The notes beneath the pieces were generated by a model. It saw nothing but the letters and a program-made list of their open reading frames with translations, did no database searches and had not been told where the DNA came from. 38,126 nucleotides of DNA from positions 1 through 38,126 of the IMG/VR virus record IMGVR_UViG_3300030330_005672, one strand, 5' to 3'. The position numbers and the translations under genes were made by a program. Of this stretch, positions 1 to 8,531 are shown in pieces; position 1 is the first letter of the stretch; every line of letters begins with the position of its first letter. This stretch comes from a virus. Its lineage: Duplodnaviria; Caudoviricetes.

Positions 1-38
1 CCGATACAGGGTCCAACACACACACTGGAGAAATATTC
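1..38 (+). promoter_or_regulatory. Partial third copy of the early leader module (truncated by window edge) with shared RBS ACACTGGAGAAA
   Basis: 1-13 CCGATACAGGGTC matches the leader hairpin of repeat A (minus strand 9441-9453); 6-36 matches the leader at 12267-12292 (minus) apart from extra AC units; GGAG upstream of ATG 39. Confidence 0.8.
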
Positions 39-512
39 ATGATTCACTACCGAATTCTTGACAACGATCACCCCCTCACACAACCCACGCGCTCTCTCAA
101 GGTCGCGCGATCTTGGAAGATGACCAAAGGCTCAAAGATCTATGCGTATGCATCTCGTAAAGATGCGCTCGCCCTTCCCCTTGATGCTCGCCTTGAGGTC
201 ACTGATCTTGAGCCCGTCACCATCGAGGATCATCAGCTCAAGAGCTTTATCGAGGCTCACCTTGATGCTCGCGCGATCAATCCCAAATATCCCCCCTCAA
301 GCGCATCATCTCGTCGCCAGATGGAGGACCGCTTCACATTTCGCCTCTTCGGGTTCCTCGACGGCCAGGCGGTCGATGCTCAACAGTTCATGAGCGTAAG
401 CTGTAAATGGGTTCGCTACTCATGCCCCATCTTTATCAATGGTAAGAAGCGCACTATTCGCGCTCTTGATCGAGGCTCCAAGGCTTGGACCTCTATCGCC
501 GACTCTCACTGA
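39..512 (+). CDS. Hypothetical early protein; N-terminal domain paralogous to the C-terminal domain of the next gene
   Basis: ORF with ACACTGGAGAAA RBS; IHYRILD...GSKIYAY...EVTD block. Confidence 0.8.
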   Translation: MIHYRILDNDHPLTQPTRSLKVARSWKMTKGSKIYAYASRKDALALPLDARLEVTDLEPVTIEDHQLKSFIEAHLDARAINPKYPPSSASSRRQMEDRFTFRLFGFLDGQAVDAQQFMSVSCKWVRYSCPIFINGKKRTIRALDRGSKAWTSIADSH

Positions 513-538
513 TCCCCTCACACACACTGGAGAATGTA

Positions 539-1201
539 ATGTGTCAGAAGTATCTCACCCCTACACCTCCCTATCTCAAACCGATCACCCTCGACCTTAA
601 AAAATTCCCCATGCTAGAAGCTCGACAAAGCACACCTTTCTTTGTTGACTTCTTCAGGTTCTCTGAAGATAGGTCCTTGGATATTACTATAGTCCAAAGA
701 GTTAATAGTGACCTACTGGGGGTCTTGGCTGACCTTGCGATGTGGGAGTCATGGAGAGGTGTTTGGGGTCGCCGCCCTTGGAAACCGCTTCATCCTATCG
801 GGAAGCTCGCTGACTGGAAGCTCGCTGACTGCAAATGTTACTTTGGTCTTAAAGGGCCTCGATTGAAAATGATTGAAGGCTTGAAAGCAATTCAAGCAGA
901 AGTTCAGGAGATTTATAAAATCGTCGAATCAAACGAGATCCACTATCGAATCCTTGACGACGATCAATTGCCCCTCTCAGACATTGAGTTTACCGCGCCT
1001 GTTCGGTCGTTATTGGTCGCTTGGTATCTACATAAAGATACTGGCGAAGGCTCAAAGATCTTCGCTTTCCATTCATATACAGACGCGCTTCGTCTCGCTC
1101 CTGTTCGCTTTGAAGTTACTGACCCCCAATCCCTAGAGGATCGTGTTACCCGTAACAAAAAAAGACTAGAAATAAATAATCTCTTCTTAGGTCAGAATTA
1201 A
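539..1201 (+). CDS. Hypothetical early protein (mosaic); start corrected to ATG 539
   Basis: ACACTGGAGAA at 524-534 precedes MCQKYL; contains IHYRILD...GSKIFAF...EVTD block. Confidence 0.8.
   Translation: MCQKYLTPTPPYLKPITLDLKKFPMLEARQSTPFFVDFFRFSEDRSLDITIVQRVNSDLLGVLADLAMWESWRGVWGRRPWKPLHPIGKLADWKLADCKCYFGLKGPRLKMIEGLKAIQAEVQEIYKIVESNEIHYRILDDDQLPLSDIEFTAPVRSLLVAWYLHKDTGEGSKIFAFHSYTDALRLAPVRFEVTDPQSLEDRVTRNKKRLEINNLFLGQN
801..830 (+). repeat. 15-bp perfect in-frame tandem duplication GGAAGCTCGCTGACT x2
   Basis: 801-815 identical to 816-830; encodes KLADW-KLADC. Confidence 0.95.
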
Positions 1202-1213
1202 AAGGATCTCATT

Positions 1214-1429
1214 ATGTGTCAATCTGATAAATACCCGACCTGCTACGACCTCAAGCCCGTGGTCCTCGACCAAGGCCCCTCGATCACTGATCTTGAAGTT
1301 TCCGCGCTCAATGTAGTTGATCTCGCTGAGAAGGTCAGCGAACCGATCAATCGCTTCTCTCTCGCTCGTGGCGCTGTGCGCCTCATCGCCCTCATCGCTC
1401 GCGCTCGTCGTGATCGGGGGTCTCTGTGA
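1214..1429 (+). CDS. Small hypothetical protein; N-terminus similar to that of 539..1201
   Basis: AAGGA RBS; MCQSDKYPTCYDLKPVVLD vs MCQKYLTPTPPYLKPITLD; GTGA overlap with next gene. Confidence 0.7.
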   Translation: MCQSDKYPTCYDLKPVVLDQGPSITDLEVSALNVVDLAEKVSEPINRFSLARGAVRLIALIARARRDRGSL

Positions 1430-2166
1430 AACCTCATCAGGAAATTAACGTGCTCGTGGCATGTGAGGAATCACAGGCTATCACATGCGCTTTCCGTGAA
1501 CGTGGATTCAATGCTTTTAGCTGTGATCTTATTGAGTGTAGTGGCCCCCTGCCCGAATACCATATCATCGATGACGCTTTTAATGTTTTAGATGGTTATC
1601 ATGGCCTGTCTTGGGATCTTTTAATTGGTCACCCCCCCTGCACATATTTAGCAACTAGCGGGGCAAGGTGGCTCTATCATCCTGATGATAAAAACCTCCC
1701 CACACAGCACCGAAGACCCCACCCACGCTTTCCCCGCAGGAAAGCTCAACAGAAAGAGGCTGTGGAGTTTTTTATTAAAATGATGAGTGCTCCCATCCCG
1801 TACATCGCTCTAGAGAACCCTGTATCTGTACTCTCGACTCAATACAGACGGCCTGACTGTATTCTTCAACCGTGGCAGTTTGGTCACGAAGCGACAAAAA
1901 CGACCTGCTTATGGCTTAAAAACCTCCCCTCATTACAGCCCACGAATATAGTGGGCAAAGGGGAATTTTACACCTTCAAGTCAGGTAAAAGAATGAGCAT
2001 GTTCAGCTATAACGCATTTATGGATGCTAAGAAATCAAAAGATCCCAGTACAGAGCGCCGCAAGATACGCAGTAAAACTTTCTCTGGTATTGCTCACGCT
2101 ATCGCTGATCAATACGGAGATTTTGTCTCTCAAAACTCTCAAGGTTTCCGATTGGAGAGGTATTAA
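1426..2166 (+). CDS. Phage-type DNA cytosine-C5 methyltransferase-like protein
   Basis: VLVACEES, SCDL, HPPCTYL (catalytic PC), ENP, QPWQFGH, KTTCLWL, RSKTF.GIA motifs typical of this phage family. Confidence 0.8.
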   Translation: MKPHQEINVLVACEESQAITCAFRERGFNAFSCDLIECSGPLPEYHIIDDAFNVLDGYHGLSWDLLIGHPPCTYLATSGARWLYHPDDKNLPTQHRRPHPRFPRRKAQQKEAVEFFIKMMSAPIPYIALENPVSVLSTQYRRPDCILQPWQFGHEATKTTCLWLKNLPSLQPTNIVGKGEFYTFKSGKRMSMFSYNAFMDAKKSKDPSTERRKIRSKTFSGIAHAIADQYGDFVSQNSQGFRLERY

Positions 2167-2167
2167 C

Positions 2168-2608
2168 ATGACCGTTGATCATGTCCTCAAGATCTATGAC
2201 CGCGCGCTTGATCAAGATGATGGTTGCGCTCGGTGGGCGTTCACCTGCGCGATCCATTCCCTGATCGGTGAGTGGTGGTCTTGGCAGGTTCCCCCTCATG
2301 TCCTCACTACTCGCGCCTCGGCCCTCGTCTCTCTTCGCCGCGAACGCTCTCCTGCTCATCAAGAGGTCATCGAGCGCTCTATCCTCGCGCTCTCCGATCG
2401 CCTACAGCGTGACCTCATCATCTACGTCTACGATGGAGTTGATCAGCTCACATGCACGTGGTCTGAGTACGCCCATGATAACGCAGGTGATCTTGAATGT
2501 GAACTCGCGCTCTCTAAACTATGGGCGGGTGCATATTGGGCGCCTGCGGGTCGCGATACTATGCTCTCTCTCAACCCTCTGGAGGTCTCCTCTCATGCAC
2601 CCCATTGA
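2168..2608 (+). CDS. Hypothetical protein; start corrected to ATG 2168
   Basis: GGAGAGG RBS directly upstream; follows the MTase stop. Confidence 0.7.
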   Translation: MTVDHVLKIYDRALDQDDGCARWAFTCAIHSLIGEWWSWQVPPHVLTTRASALVSLRRERSPAHQEVIERSILALSDRLQRDLIIYVYDGVDQLTCTWSEYAHDNAGDLECELALSKLWAGAYWAPAGRDTMLSLNPLEVSSHAPH

Positions 2609-2885
2609 ACGCAAACTCATACGCGATGCGCTCGTTTCCGCGCTCGCACTCTGTCTCATCATCGGCGGCCTCCTTCACGCGGTCGCGTCTCTCAGCGCTC
2701 CGATCTCCCCCCTCGAACAATGCGCGGAGCGCTTCATGACCCTCGACCCTGACACGCGCGCTCAGCTCGTCTATGGATGCGCCGCGCCTGCTCACGTTCA
2801 TTATCTCGCAGGTGAGCGGTGGTGTCGATCCGTTGGACCTCACAGGGGCCTCAATCTGATCGAGCAGGTGTCCCATGAGCGCTGA
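2595..2885 (+). CDS. Small membrane-anchored protein; start corrected to ATG 2595
   Basis: GGAGG RBS at 2581; hydrophobic ALVSALALCLIIGGLLHAVASL. Confidence 0.65.
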   Translation: MHPIERKLIRDALVSALALCLIIGGLLHAVASLSAPISPLEQCAERFMTLDPDTRAQLVYGCAAPAHVHYLAGERWCRSVGPHRGLNLIEQVSHER

Positions 2886-3240
2886 TCGGATCACTAAACA
2901 CGTCACCCGATGTCAAGTGAGGGTTGCGTATCCCTCTGATTCTGACATGTTCCCCCTACTCCTCAAAATGCCTGATCTCGCATGTCAACGGGTCTCTGGG
3001 TCCATCTCTCGCGTCTCGATTGCACGCGCCCTCATCTTGCGAGGGCTTCGCGAGATTGACCAAGGCGCCGCGATGCCTGAACGTGATGCAGGAGCATGGA
3101 AACACACCGCGCCGCTCCCTATCCCCTCGTGGATCGATCAATGGATCTATGAACTGGCTGATCGTGAGGGTCTCTCGATGTCTGAGATCGCGCAAGCGGC
3201 GCTTGAGCTTGGACGCGCTCAGGTGTTATCATCTCCCTGA
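2875..3240 (+). CDS. Putative DNA-binding regulator with tandem ribbon-helix-helix (CopG-like) domains
   Basis: WIDQWIYELADREGLSMSEIAQAALELG and SRVSIARALILRGL resemble RHH helix pairs. Confidence 0.5.
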   Translation: MSADRITKHVTRCQVRVAYPSDSDMFPLLLKMPDLACQRVSGSISRVSIARALILRGLREIDQGAAMPERDAGAWKHTAPLPIPSWIDQWIYELADREGLSMSEIAQAALELGRAQVLSSP

Positions 3241-3249
3241 CCTTCGGAC

Positions 3250-3290
3250 GCCTCGCGAGGGTCTGAGGTGAGCCCTCGCGAGGTGCTTTT
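3250..3290 (+). terminator. Rho-independent terminator ending the + strand early operon
   Basis: GCCTCGCGAGGGT / GCCCTCGCGAGGT stem followed by GCTTTT, just after stop 3240. Confidence 0.7.
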
Positions 3291-3384
3291 ACATCGTAGT
3301 CTCGCGATCACATACGCGATCACAGGGAGCGCGCTCAAGAGCGCTGTCCACTCGCCGTGGCAGTTCGCTAAATGACTCCACATC

Positions 3385-3768
3385 TCAAGATCTCTTTCTC
3401 AGCGCTCGGATCTCGCGCTCATACGTGAGACGGGCCGCCCTCTCTTCGGGTGTCTCCCTCGATCTCTGCTCTCGATAGCGTGCGCGTTGTTTAACTAGTC
3501 TCTCCTCGCGCTCTTCAGGCGTCTCAGATTCACGTTTAAGGCGCTGACGTAGACGATCGTAGGCCAGCCTGTCCTCACGTTCCTCAGGTGTCTCCTGGGC
3601 GCGTCTCCGCGCTTGATACTGTCGCGCTCGCTCTCTTCGCTCAGGGGTCGCTTGATACGCTCTCATGTATGCGCGCCGCTCCTCGGGTGTCTGCGTGCGC
3701 TGTTTTCGGGGTCTGCCTACGGGCCGCTTGACGGGTTCTAGCGTGTGTATGTCCGTTGTTTTGATCAT
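3385..3768 (-). CDS. AT-hook plus STPR-like 23-aa repeat DNA-binding protein
   Basis: RPVGRPRK motif; three exact 23-aa repeats beginning ETPEER..RL; GGAG RBS. Confidence 0.7.
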   Translation of the reverse strand: MIKTTDIHTLEPVKRPVGRPRKQRTQTPEERRAYMRAYQATPERRERARQYQARRRAQETPEEREDRLAYDRLRQRLKRESETPEEREERLVKQRARYREQRSRETPEERAARLTYEREIRALRKRS

Positions 3769-3793
3769 GCTCTTTTCTCCGTTTTATATTTTC

Positions 3794-3844
3794 CTGAAAT
3801 CCTAACATTCGGTAATGTGTGAATATCGAATGTTAGGATTTCAG
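3794..3844. repeat. Perfect 18-bp inverted repeat (terminator or RNA processing hairpin)
   Basis: CTGAAATCCTAACATTCG (3794-3811) / CGAATGTTAGGATTTCAG (3827-3844); T-rich run follows on the + strand. Confidence 0.85.
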
Positions 3845-3848
3845 TGTT

Positions 3849-5045
3849 TTATTTTTCCTCATCTTGGCTCTCTCTGCTGATCGCTCGGCTTGCTATATCA
3901 CCGATCTGTCTCAGCTCATCGCCCGTTAATCCTGCCGCCGCCGCGTGATCTGTCCATGATCCAGAGCTGACCTCGACACGCGCCTCCAAATTGATCTTAT
4001 CCGCACCGATGAGCGACTGTCTACGCGCCAGTGAATCGAGCGCGAGCTTTAGCCCTGCCGCCTTCAGTCTCTCATCCCCTGAGCTTTGGACAAGTGCAAG
4101 CGCCTCACGCGCGATCGCCTCAGCCTCTGCACTCAGCGCTAGGGCCATTGAGCGTCGTTGATCTTCAGTGATCCCACGTTCCAAGAGTGCTCGCCAATCC
4201 TTGATTATTTGTTGCGTCCAACGTACAGGTGCGCCTGTAATTTTGTTCAGGTCATGAGCGTTTAGGGGCGCAGGCCACCTTCGCGCCACCTCATCAACGT
4301 ATGCGATCCACGCGGCGCGGGTCGTTGAAGGCGCGCGCCCCGTGAACTCTTGACGTATCGGGAAATCTGGAAGGTCAGGAGGAGGTAACTCGCGCGCGAT
4401 CCCCTGAGCTAGATCTACGAGCGGTTGATGTCTGTAATACGGATCAGAAGCAGGCGCGATGAGCACCCTCTCAACCTCCACGGGCGCGGTGTTCTCGGCG
4501 CCCCTCGCGCGCGGGAGCGTAGGTGGGCGCGAGGGCCGATCCGCGCAAGATTCCCCCCCTCCCTCTAGCTGTTCCTTTTCCCCCACCTTTTCCCCCACCT
4601 GTTCCCGTTTCCTCTCCCGTTCCCTGTGCGCTCTCACTTCCTGTTTACTCTTCTCTCTCTTCTTCTTCTGAGCACGAGTAAATCTCCCCTGATCGGGGTT
4701 AGGTACCAGGCTCCATTGATCCGCGAGCGGAGACAGGATCTCTCTGATATGGAGCCCCGACTCAGCCTCACTCACCATCTCCTCAACGTAGGACATGATC
4801 GAGGTGACGCGCGCTTTACTACTGCGCCGCGATCGGTAGATCTCGCACATGATCCGCGCGAGCCCTACGGCGGTCTTTGATCCCGTCAGGCTGTTCGCCC
4901 TAGCAAGCTCAAGTGCCTCGTACCATTGACCTGTGAGAAGCCGCTTCCAGATCGCTTTATGTGCGCGTGTGGCGCCCTTGCACCTCTTCAGCTCATCGAA
5001 GATCTCAAGCGAGCGCTCTACATCAACGCTCATCATTGACCCCAC
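3849..5045 (-). CDS. Possible terminase small subunit-like DNA-binding protein with long N-terminal extension
   Basis: C-terminal HTH-like segment then helical ALDSLARRQSLIGAD, resembling the RRAKLLGLD tail of many TerS proteins; charged low-complexity middle. Confidence 0.4.
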   Translation of the reverse strand: MGSMMSVDVERSLEIFDELKRCKGATRAHKAIWKRLLTGQWYEALELARANSLTGSKTAVGLARIMCEIYRSRRSSKARVTSIMSYVEEMVSEAESGLHIREILSPLADQWSLVPNPDQGRFTRAQKKKREKSKQEVRAHRERERKREQVGEKVGEKEQLEGGGESCADRPSRPPTLPRARGAENTAPVEVERVLIAPASDPYYRHQPLVDLAQGIARELPPPDLPDFPIRQEFTGRAPSTTRAAWIAYVDEVARRWPAPLNAHDLNKITGAPVRWTQQIIKDWRALLERGITEDQRRSMALALSAEAEAIAREALALVQSSGDERLKAAGLKLALDSLARRQSLIGADKINLEARVEVSSGSWTDHAAAAGLTGDELRQIGDIASRAISRESQDEEK

Positions 5046-5057
5046 ACTGATTTAATC

Positions 5058-5534
5058 TCAAGGAGTCGTGATCCATCGCGTGCGCTCCTTTAATAACTGT
5101 TGATGAGAGGTGACCTTGCGCGCGTAAGGACTCTGTACCCCTGCGCCATTATATCGCCCTGCGGCCTCTTGGGTGGACCCTGATTGAGATCGATAGTACC
5201 TCCACGCCCTCAGACCTGCATCAATGTAATCCTGATCATGTGACCGCGACCAATATTTAGGGATCGCCTGAAGAGGTCCACGCTCTCCCGCGCCTCCTCT
5301 CATGTGCTCACGGTGAAAGCTCTCTTTCCATGATATGGAAATGGCCTCATAAATATCAGTCTCCTGCTCATGTGCGCGTTGAGCGACCCGCGTACATGTC
5401 AAGTGAGCTTGAGGAGCGTAACGGGTTAAATATCGCCGTTGGGCGCTCGGCGATGAATACTGTTCAGCGATTGAGTTCACGCTGATGAGACAGAGCAAGC
5501 TGATCAAGCGCTCAATCGTTGTCGTGATGATCAT
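5058..5534 (-). CDS. Lytic transglycosylase (SLT-like) endolysin; start corrected to ATG 5534
   Basis: ES catalytic motif (WKESF), GPLQ, AG.., AAGRYNG; N-terminal hydrophobic stretch; ACACAGGAGAAA RBS. Confidence 0.7.
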   Translation of the reverse strand: MIITTTIERLISLLCLISVNSIAEQYSSPSAQRRYLTRYAPQAHLTCTRVAQRAHEQETDIYEAISISWKESFHREHMRGGAGERGPLQAIPKYWSRSHDQDYIDAGLRAWRYYRSQSGSTQEAAGRYNGAGVQSPYARKVTSHQQLLKERTRWITTP

Positions 5535-5976
5535 TGATTTCTCCTGTGTGTGAATCGAGATCAAGATCATAACCCGCGCTGGATAAGATCTCAAGAGCGT
5601 GTTGCAGTCCGTAGGCAACCTCAGCGCGCCACCCGATCGCGCGAAGCTCCTCTAGCCACACTCTCTGATGAGCGGACACTCTTCCGCGCGCTTTACCGAA
5701 TCCTTGAGGACGTTTCAGCTCAAGCGCGAGCCCTGTACCGATCCCTGAAGGGGGAGGGGTAAAAATTAAAATATCGGGTACTCCTGCCTTGACCCCTTGA
5801 GCTTTCAAGCTTGCGGCGGTCCTCTTATCTCGTTTGCCCCCGTTGGCTGTCGCAGTCCATAGTAAGTGAGCATCATCCAGATATCTCACAAGCGCTTTCT
5901 GAATATCTGCCTCAGAGGGTGCGCTTGATTTTGATCGGGGTTGGCTTCTCGGTCCTCGATATGGGGATGGTTTCAT
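5512..5976 (-). CDS. VRR-NUC domain nuclease (PD-(D/E)xK, resolvase-like)
   Basis: EADIQ, NGGKR, GVKAGVPDILI, LELK, GRVSAHQ..W motifs. Confidence 0.85.
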   Translation of the reverse strand: MKPSPYRGPRSQPRSKSSAPSEADIQKALVRYLDDAHLLWTATANGGKRDKRTAASLKAQGVKAGVPDILIFTPPPSGIGTGLALELKRPQGFGKARGRVSAHQRVWLEELRAIGWRAEVAYGLQHALEILSSAGYDLDLDSHTGEINDHHDND

Positions 5977-6026
5977 ATTTTATCCTCTCGTCATCCCCTC
6001 AAGTGTACATCATCTCCTCTCAAACA

Positions 6027-6497
6027 TGTGTACAGGATATGCTAAAAAATCCCGTACACACTTAAAGTACTGTACTTGTTAGGTTTTTCGCCTTTTGTAA
6101 ACAAGTGTGTACGCGATGTGTGCAGGATTTTAAAAATCCCGTACACACTTAAAGTATTGTAAAATAACAAGAAAACACCCCTTTTTCAAATGTGTGCACG
6201 ATTTTACGTCAACTCCTTATATATATGCGCGTATATTTATCCTCTTTTTTACCTTTTCTGGTCACAGATCCTCTTCTAAAACTTAATTCTCTCGTGTAAG
6301 AGTTTGCGATTTTACCAATATCCTGCACACACTCTCTCTTTATCTATGTATTTCAATAACTTAAGTGTGTACGGGATTTTTAAAAACCTGCACACACTAT
6401 TTTCGAAACATCCTATTTCCTGTTGTTTTACAGTAACTTAAGTGTGTACGGGATTTTTTAGAGATCGTGCACACATTTGGAAAATCGTGCACACATT
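6027..6497. repeat. Symmetric iteron-like array, probable replication origin
   Basis: AAAAATCCCGTACACACTTAA at 6045-6065 and 6132-6152, inverted at 6361-6381 and 6438-6458; each paired with a TGTGTRCA(G/C)G-type half-site; AT-rich, no ORF. Confidence 0.75.
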
Positions 6498-6507
6498 TTA
6501 AACCCTC

Positions 6508-6552
6508 TTGACAAGTCCGAAAATATTATCTATAACCTTTGGTTATAGATAA
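6508..6552 (+). promoter_or_regulatory. Sigma70-type promoter with palindromic operator over the -10 box
   Basis: TTGACA(6508-13)-17-TATAAC(6531-36); perfect 12-bp IR TTATCTATAACC-ttt-GGTTATAGATAA 6526-6552. Confidence 0.8.
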
Positions 6553-6563
6553 AGGTTCAGGAC

Positions 6564-7013
6564 ATGAAAACGAGACAGATTCACGCGAGATTATCACAAG
6601 CGCTCGCCCTCTCTCAGCTCTCTTCATGTGTCAGACGCAAGGTCGCGGCCTTGATCATCTCACCTGACACGCTCGCGGTCATCTCAGACGGGTACAACGG
6701 ACCACCAAGAAGAGGTCCGAAAGTGTGTGGAGGAGATCACTGTGAACGTGAGAGGCTCCAGATCACTTCAGGGACTCAGAACGATGTTGGATGTTATCAC
6801 GCAGAACAAAACGCGATCTTCAACGCGGCGCGCCAGGGCTCCTCGACCAAGGGCGCGATCATGATCTGTACCACGTCACCATGTTTATCCTGTGCGCGCG
6901 CGATCTATCACGCAGGGATTCACGCGGTCTATGTGCCTGAAGGCTCGTATGCAACGCAGGGGATAGAGTATCTGGCGCAGTATAATGTTGAGACCGTCAT
7001 GATAGATATATAA
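6564..7013 (+). CDS. dCMP deaminase (ComEB-like)
   Basis: S.C.RRKV, GYNG, HAEQNAI, PCLSC zinc motifs. Confidence 0.92.
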   Translation: MKTRQIHARLSQALALSQLSSCVRRKVAALIISPDTLAVISDGYNGPPRRGPKVCGGDHCERERLQITSGTQNDVGCYHAEQNAIFNAARQGSSTKGAIMICTTSPCLSCARAIYHAGIHAVYVPEGSYATQGIEYLAQYNVETVMIDI

Positions 7014-7032
7014 AAAAGCCCTAGATCATCCC

Positions 7033-7386
7033 AAAACTTGCCGGTGGAGAGATGACGGTTGGCCAAAGAATAAGTCTATTAGCGATAGTAAGACTAGTGC
7101 AGGAATAGACAGAACGGATGATATTAAAAAGGGGATCTACCAAACGATAAAGATAGGTACTGAAGTCAAAAGTAACTCAAACATCAAGACTGCAATTATT
7201 TCTAACCTTCCTGCTTATAGACATAAAAATGATTACGTCTCTCCATTTGAAAATATGCTTTGGGGCCTCGAGAGTGATATCATGGAAACTTCTAACGGAG
7301 ACGTTATCTATAAGGAAGACTTACGTAGAGTTTTTGATTTTATTATTACATTAGAACAGCCACTTTTGAGGCACATTACATTATGA
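7033..7386 (+). pseudogene. 5'-truncated gene remnant, probably the C-terminus of the cognate restriction endonuclease
   Basis: Frame open 7006-7386 with no ATG until 7255; encodes ...SISDSKTSAGIDRTDDIKKGIYQ...; AT-rich like the MTase; stop overlaps MTase start (ATGA 7383-7386). Confidence 0.55.
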
Positions 7387-8444
7387 CACTGCCTAACCAC
7401 CAAACCAGAGAGTATACTGGCATTGTGCTTGAAAGAATGAAACATTTGCCACCAGGTGGAAAAATGGGAGATCTTCCTGAGCATCTACAGCATAAAAGTT
7501 TTATCCGTAAAGGAGATAAAAAAACTGGCGGTCCAAATATGAGGTTGTTGAGATTAGAGGAGGACAAACCCTCTCTAACTGTAACAGCTTATATTTTTAA
7601 TAAATTTGTTCATCCTACTGAAAATAGGTACATAACACCGAGAGAAGCCGCTGTACTTCAAGATTTTCCTATCGATTATGAATTTAAAGGTACATTAGGA
7701 CAAGTTCAAAAACAAATCGGTAATGCTGTTCCAGTAGGTCTTGCTAGAGAGTTAGCTAAGAGAGTCGCAAAGTATTTTGAAAGACTTAACAAAAGCGGAA
7801 TTCTGAAAATTGCTTCATATTTTACTGGAGCTGGAGGATTAGACCTTGGCTTTGAACAAGCTTCTGATGAGTTCATACAGTTTGAAACCCATTTCTCCAC
7901 AGATATTGAAAAATGGGCTGAGTCGACTATTCAGCACAATCGACCTGAGTGGAATTTTCATAGAGCGGATATCACAGAGCTAGATCCAAATTTAGTCAAA
8001 GATGTGATAGGAGGTAATCCAGATATTATAATTGGGGGACCTCCTTGTCAACCATTCAGTGTGGCGGGTAAGCAAAAAGCGACTAATGATCCTCTAGGTA
8101 TCCTTTACCGAGATTATATTGAACAAGTTGATAAGTTAAAACCTGAAATTGTTGTTATGGAAAACGTTTATGGTTTAGCTCAAGTCAAAAATGTAAATAT
8201 GATTGAGGAAATATATAGTTCTTTCCAAGACATTGGTTATGATGTCTCACATAGAGAGCTAATGGCCGCAGATTATGGTGTTCCTCAAAAGCGGAGAAGG
8301 TTATTTTTTGTTGCGGCTAAAAACTTACACTATTTCCAATACCCACAACCCACGCATTGTTCAACTGAGAACTTATTGAATTTACCTTTATATGAGGGAG
8401 CAGGAAAAGCTATAATGAAACTTCCAAAGCCGTCTATTAGATAA
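7383..8444 (+). CDS. Circularly permuted DNA cytosine-C5 methyltransferase (TRD-IX-X-I...VIII), AT-rich acquired gene
   Basis: TPREAAVLQDFP (IX) and QIGNAVP (X) precede FTGAGG (I), GPPCQPFS (IV), ENV (VI), PQKRRR (VIII). Confidence 0.92.
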   Translation: MTLPNHQTREYTGIVLERMKHLPPGGKMGDLPEHLQHKSFIRKGDKKTGGPNMRLLRLEEDKPSLTVTAYIFNKFVHPTENRYITPREAAVLQDFPIDYEFKGTLGQVQKQIGNAVPVGLARELAKRVAKYFERLNKSGILKIASYFTGAGGLDLGFEQASDEFIQFETHFSTDIEKWAESTIQHNRPEWNFHRADITELDPNLVKDVIGGNPDIIIGGPPCQPFSVAGKQKATNDPLGILYRDYIEQVDKLKPEIVVMENVYGLAQVKNVNMIEEIYSSFQDIGYDVSHRELMAADYGVPQKRRRLFFVAAKNLHYFQYPQPTHCSTENLLNLPLYEGAGKAIMKLPKPSIR

Positions 8445-8531
8445 AGATGAAACTAGAGCTTTGCGAGAGTGCCTAGCGAGAGTTTTACCCCCCAACTAGA
8501 CACCTGCTTTGTGCAAATGTAGAGTACCACC

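Noticed and set aside
4545-4670. Pyrimidine-rich short repeats
   Set aside because: Explained by the low-complexity E/K/R/G coding segment on the minus strand
6027-6497. CRISPR array
   Set aside because: Repeats occur in both orientations with irregular spacing, and the intervening DNA is itself repetitive; the Cas4-like gene is a stand-alone phage nuclease
7003-7020. Programmed frameshift fusing dCMP deaminase to the downstream open frame
   Set aside because: The deaminase is complete, the overlap is only a few bases, and composition changes just downstream; a truncated captured gene is simpler
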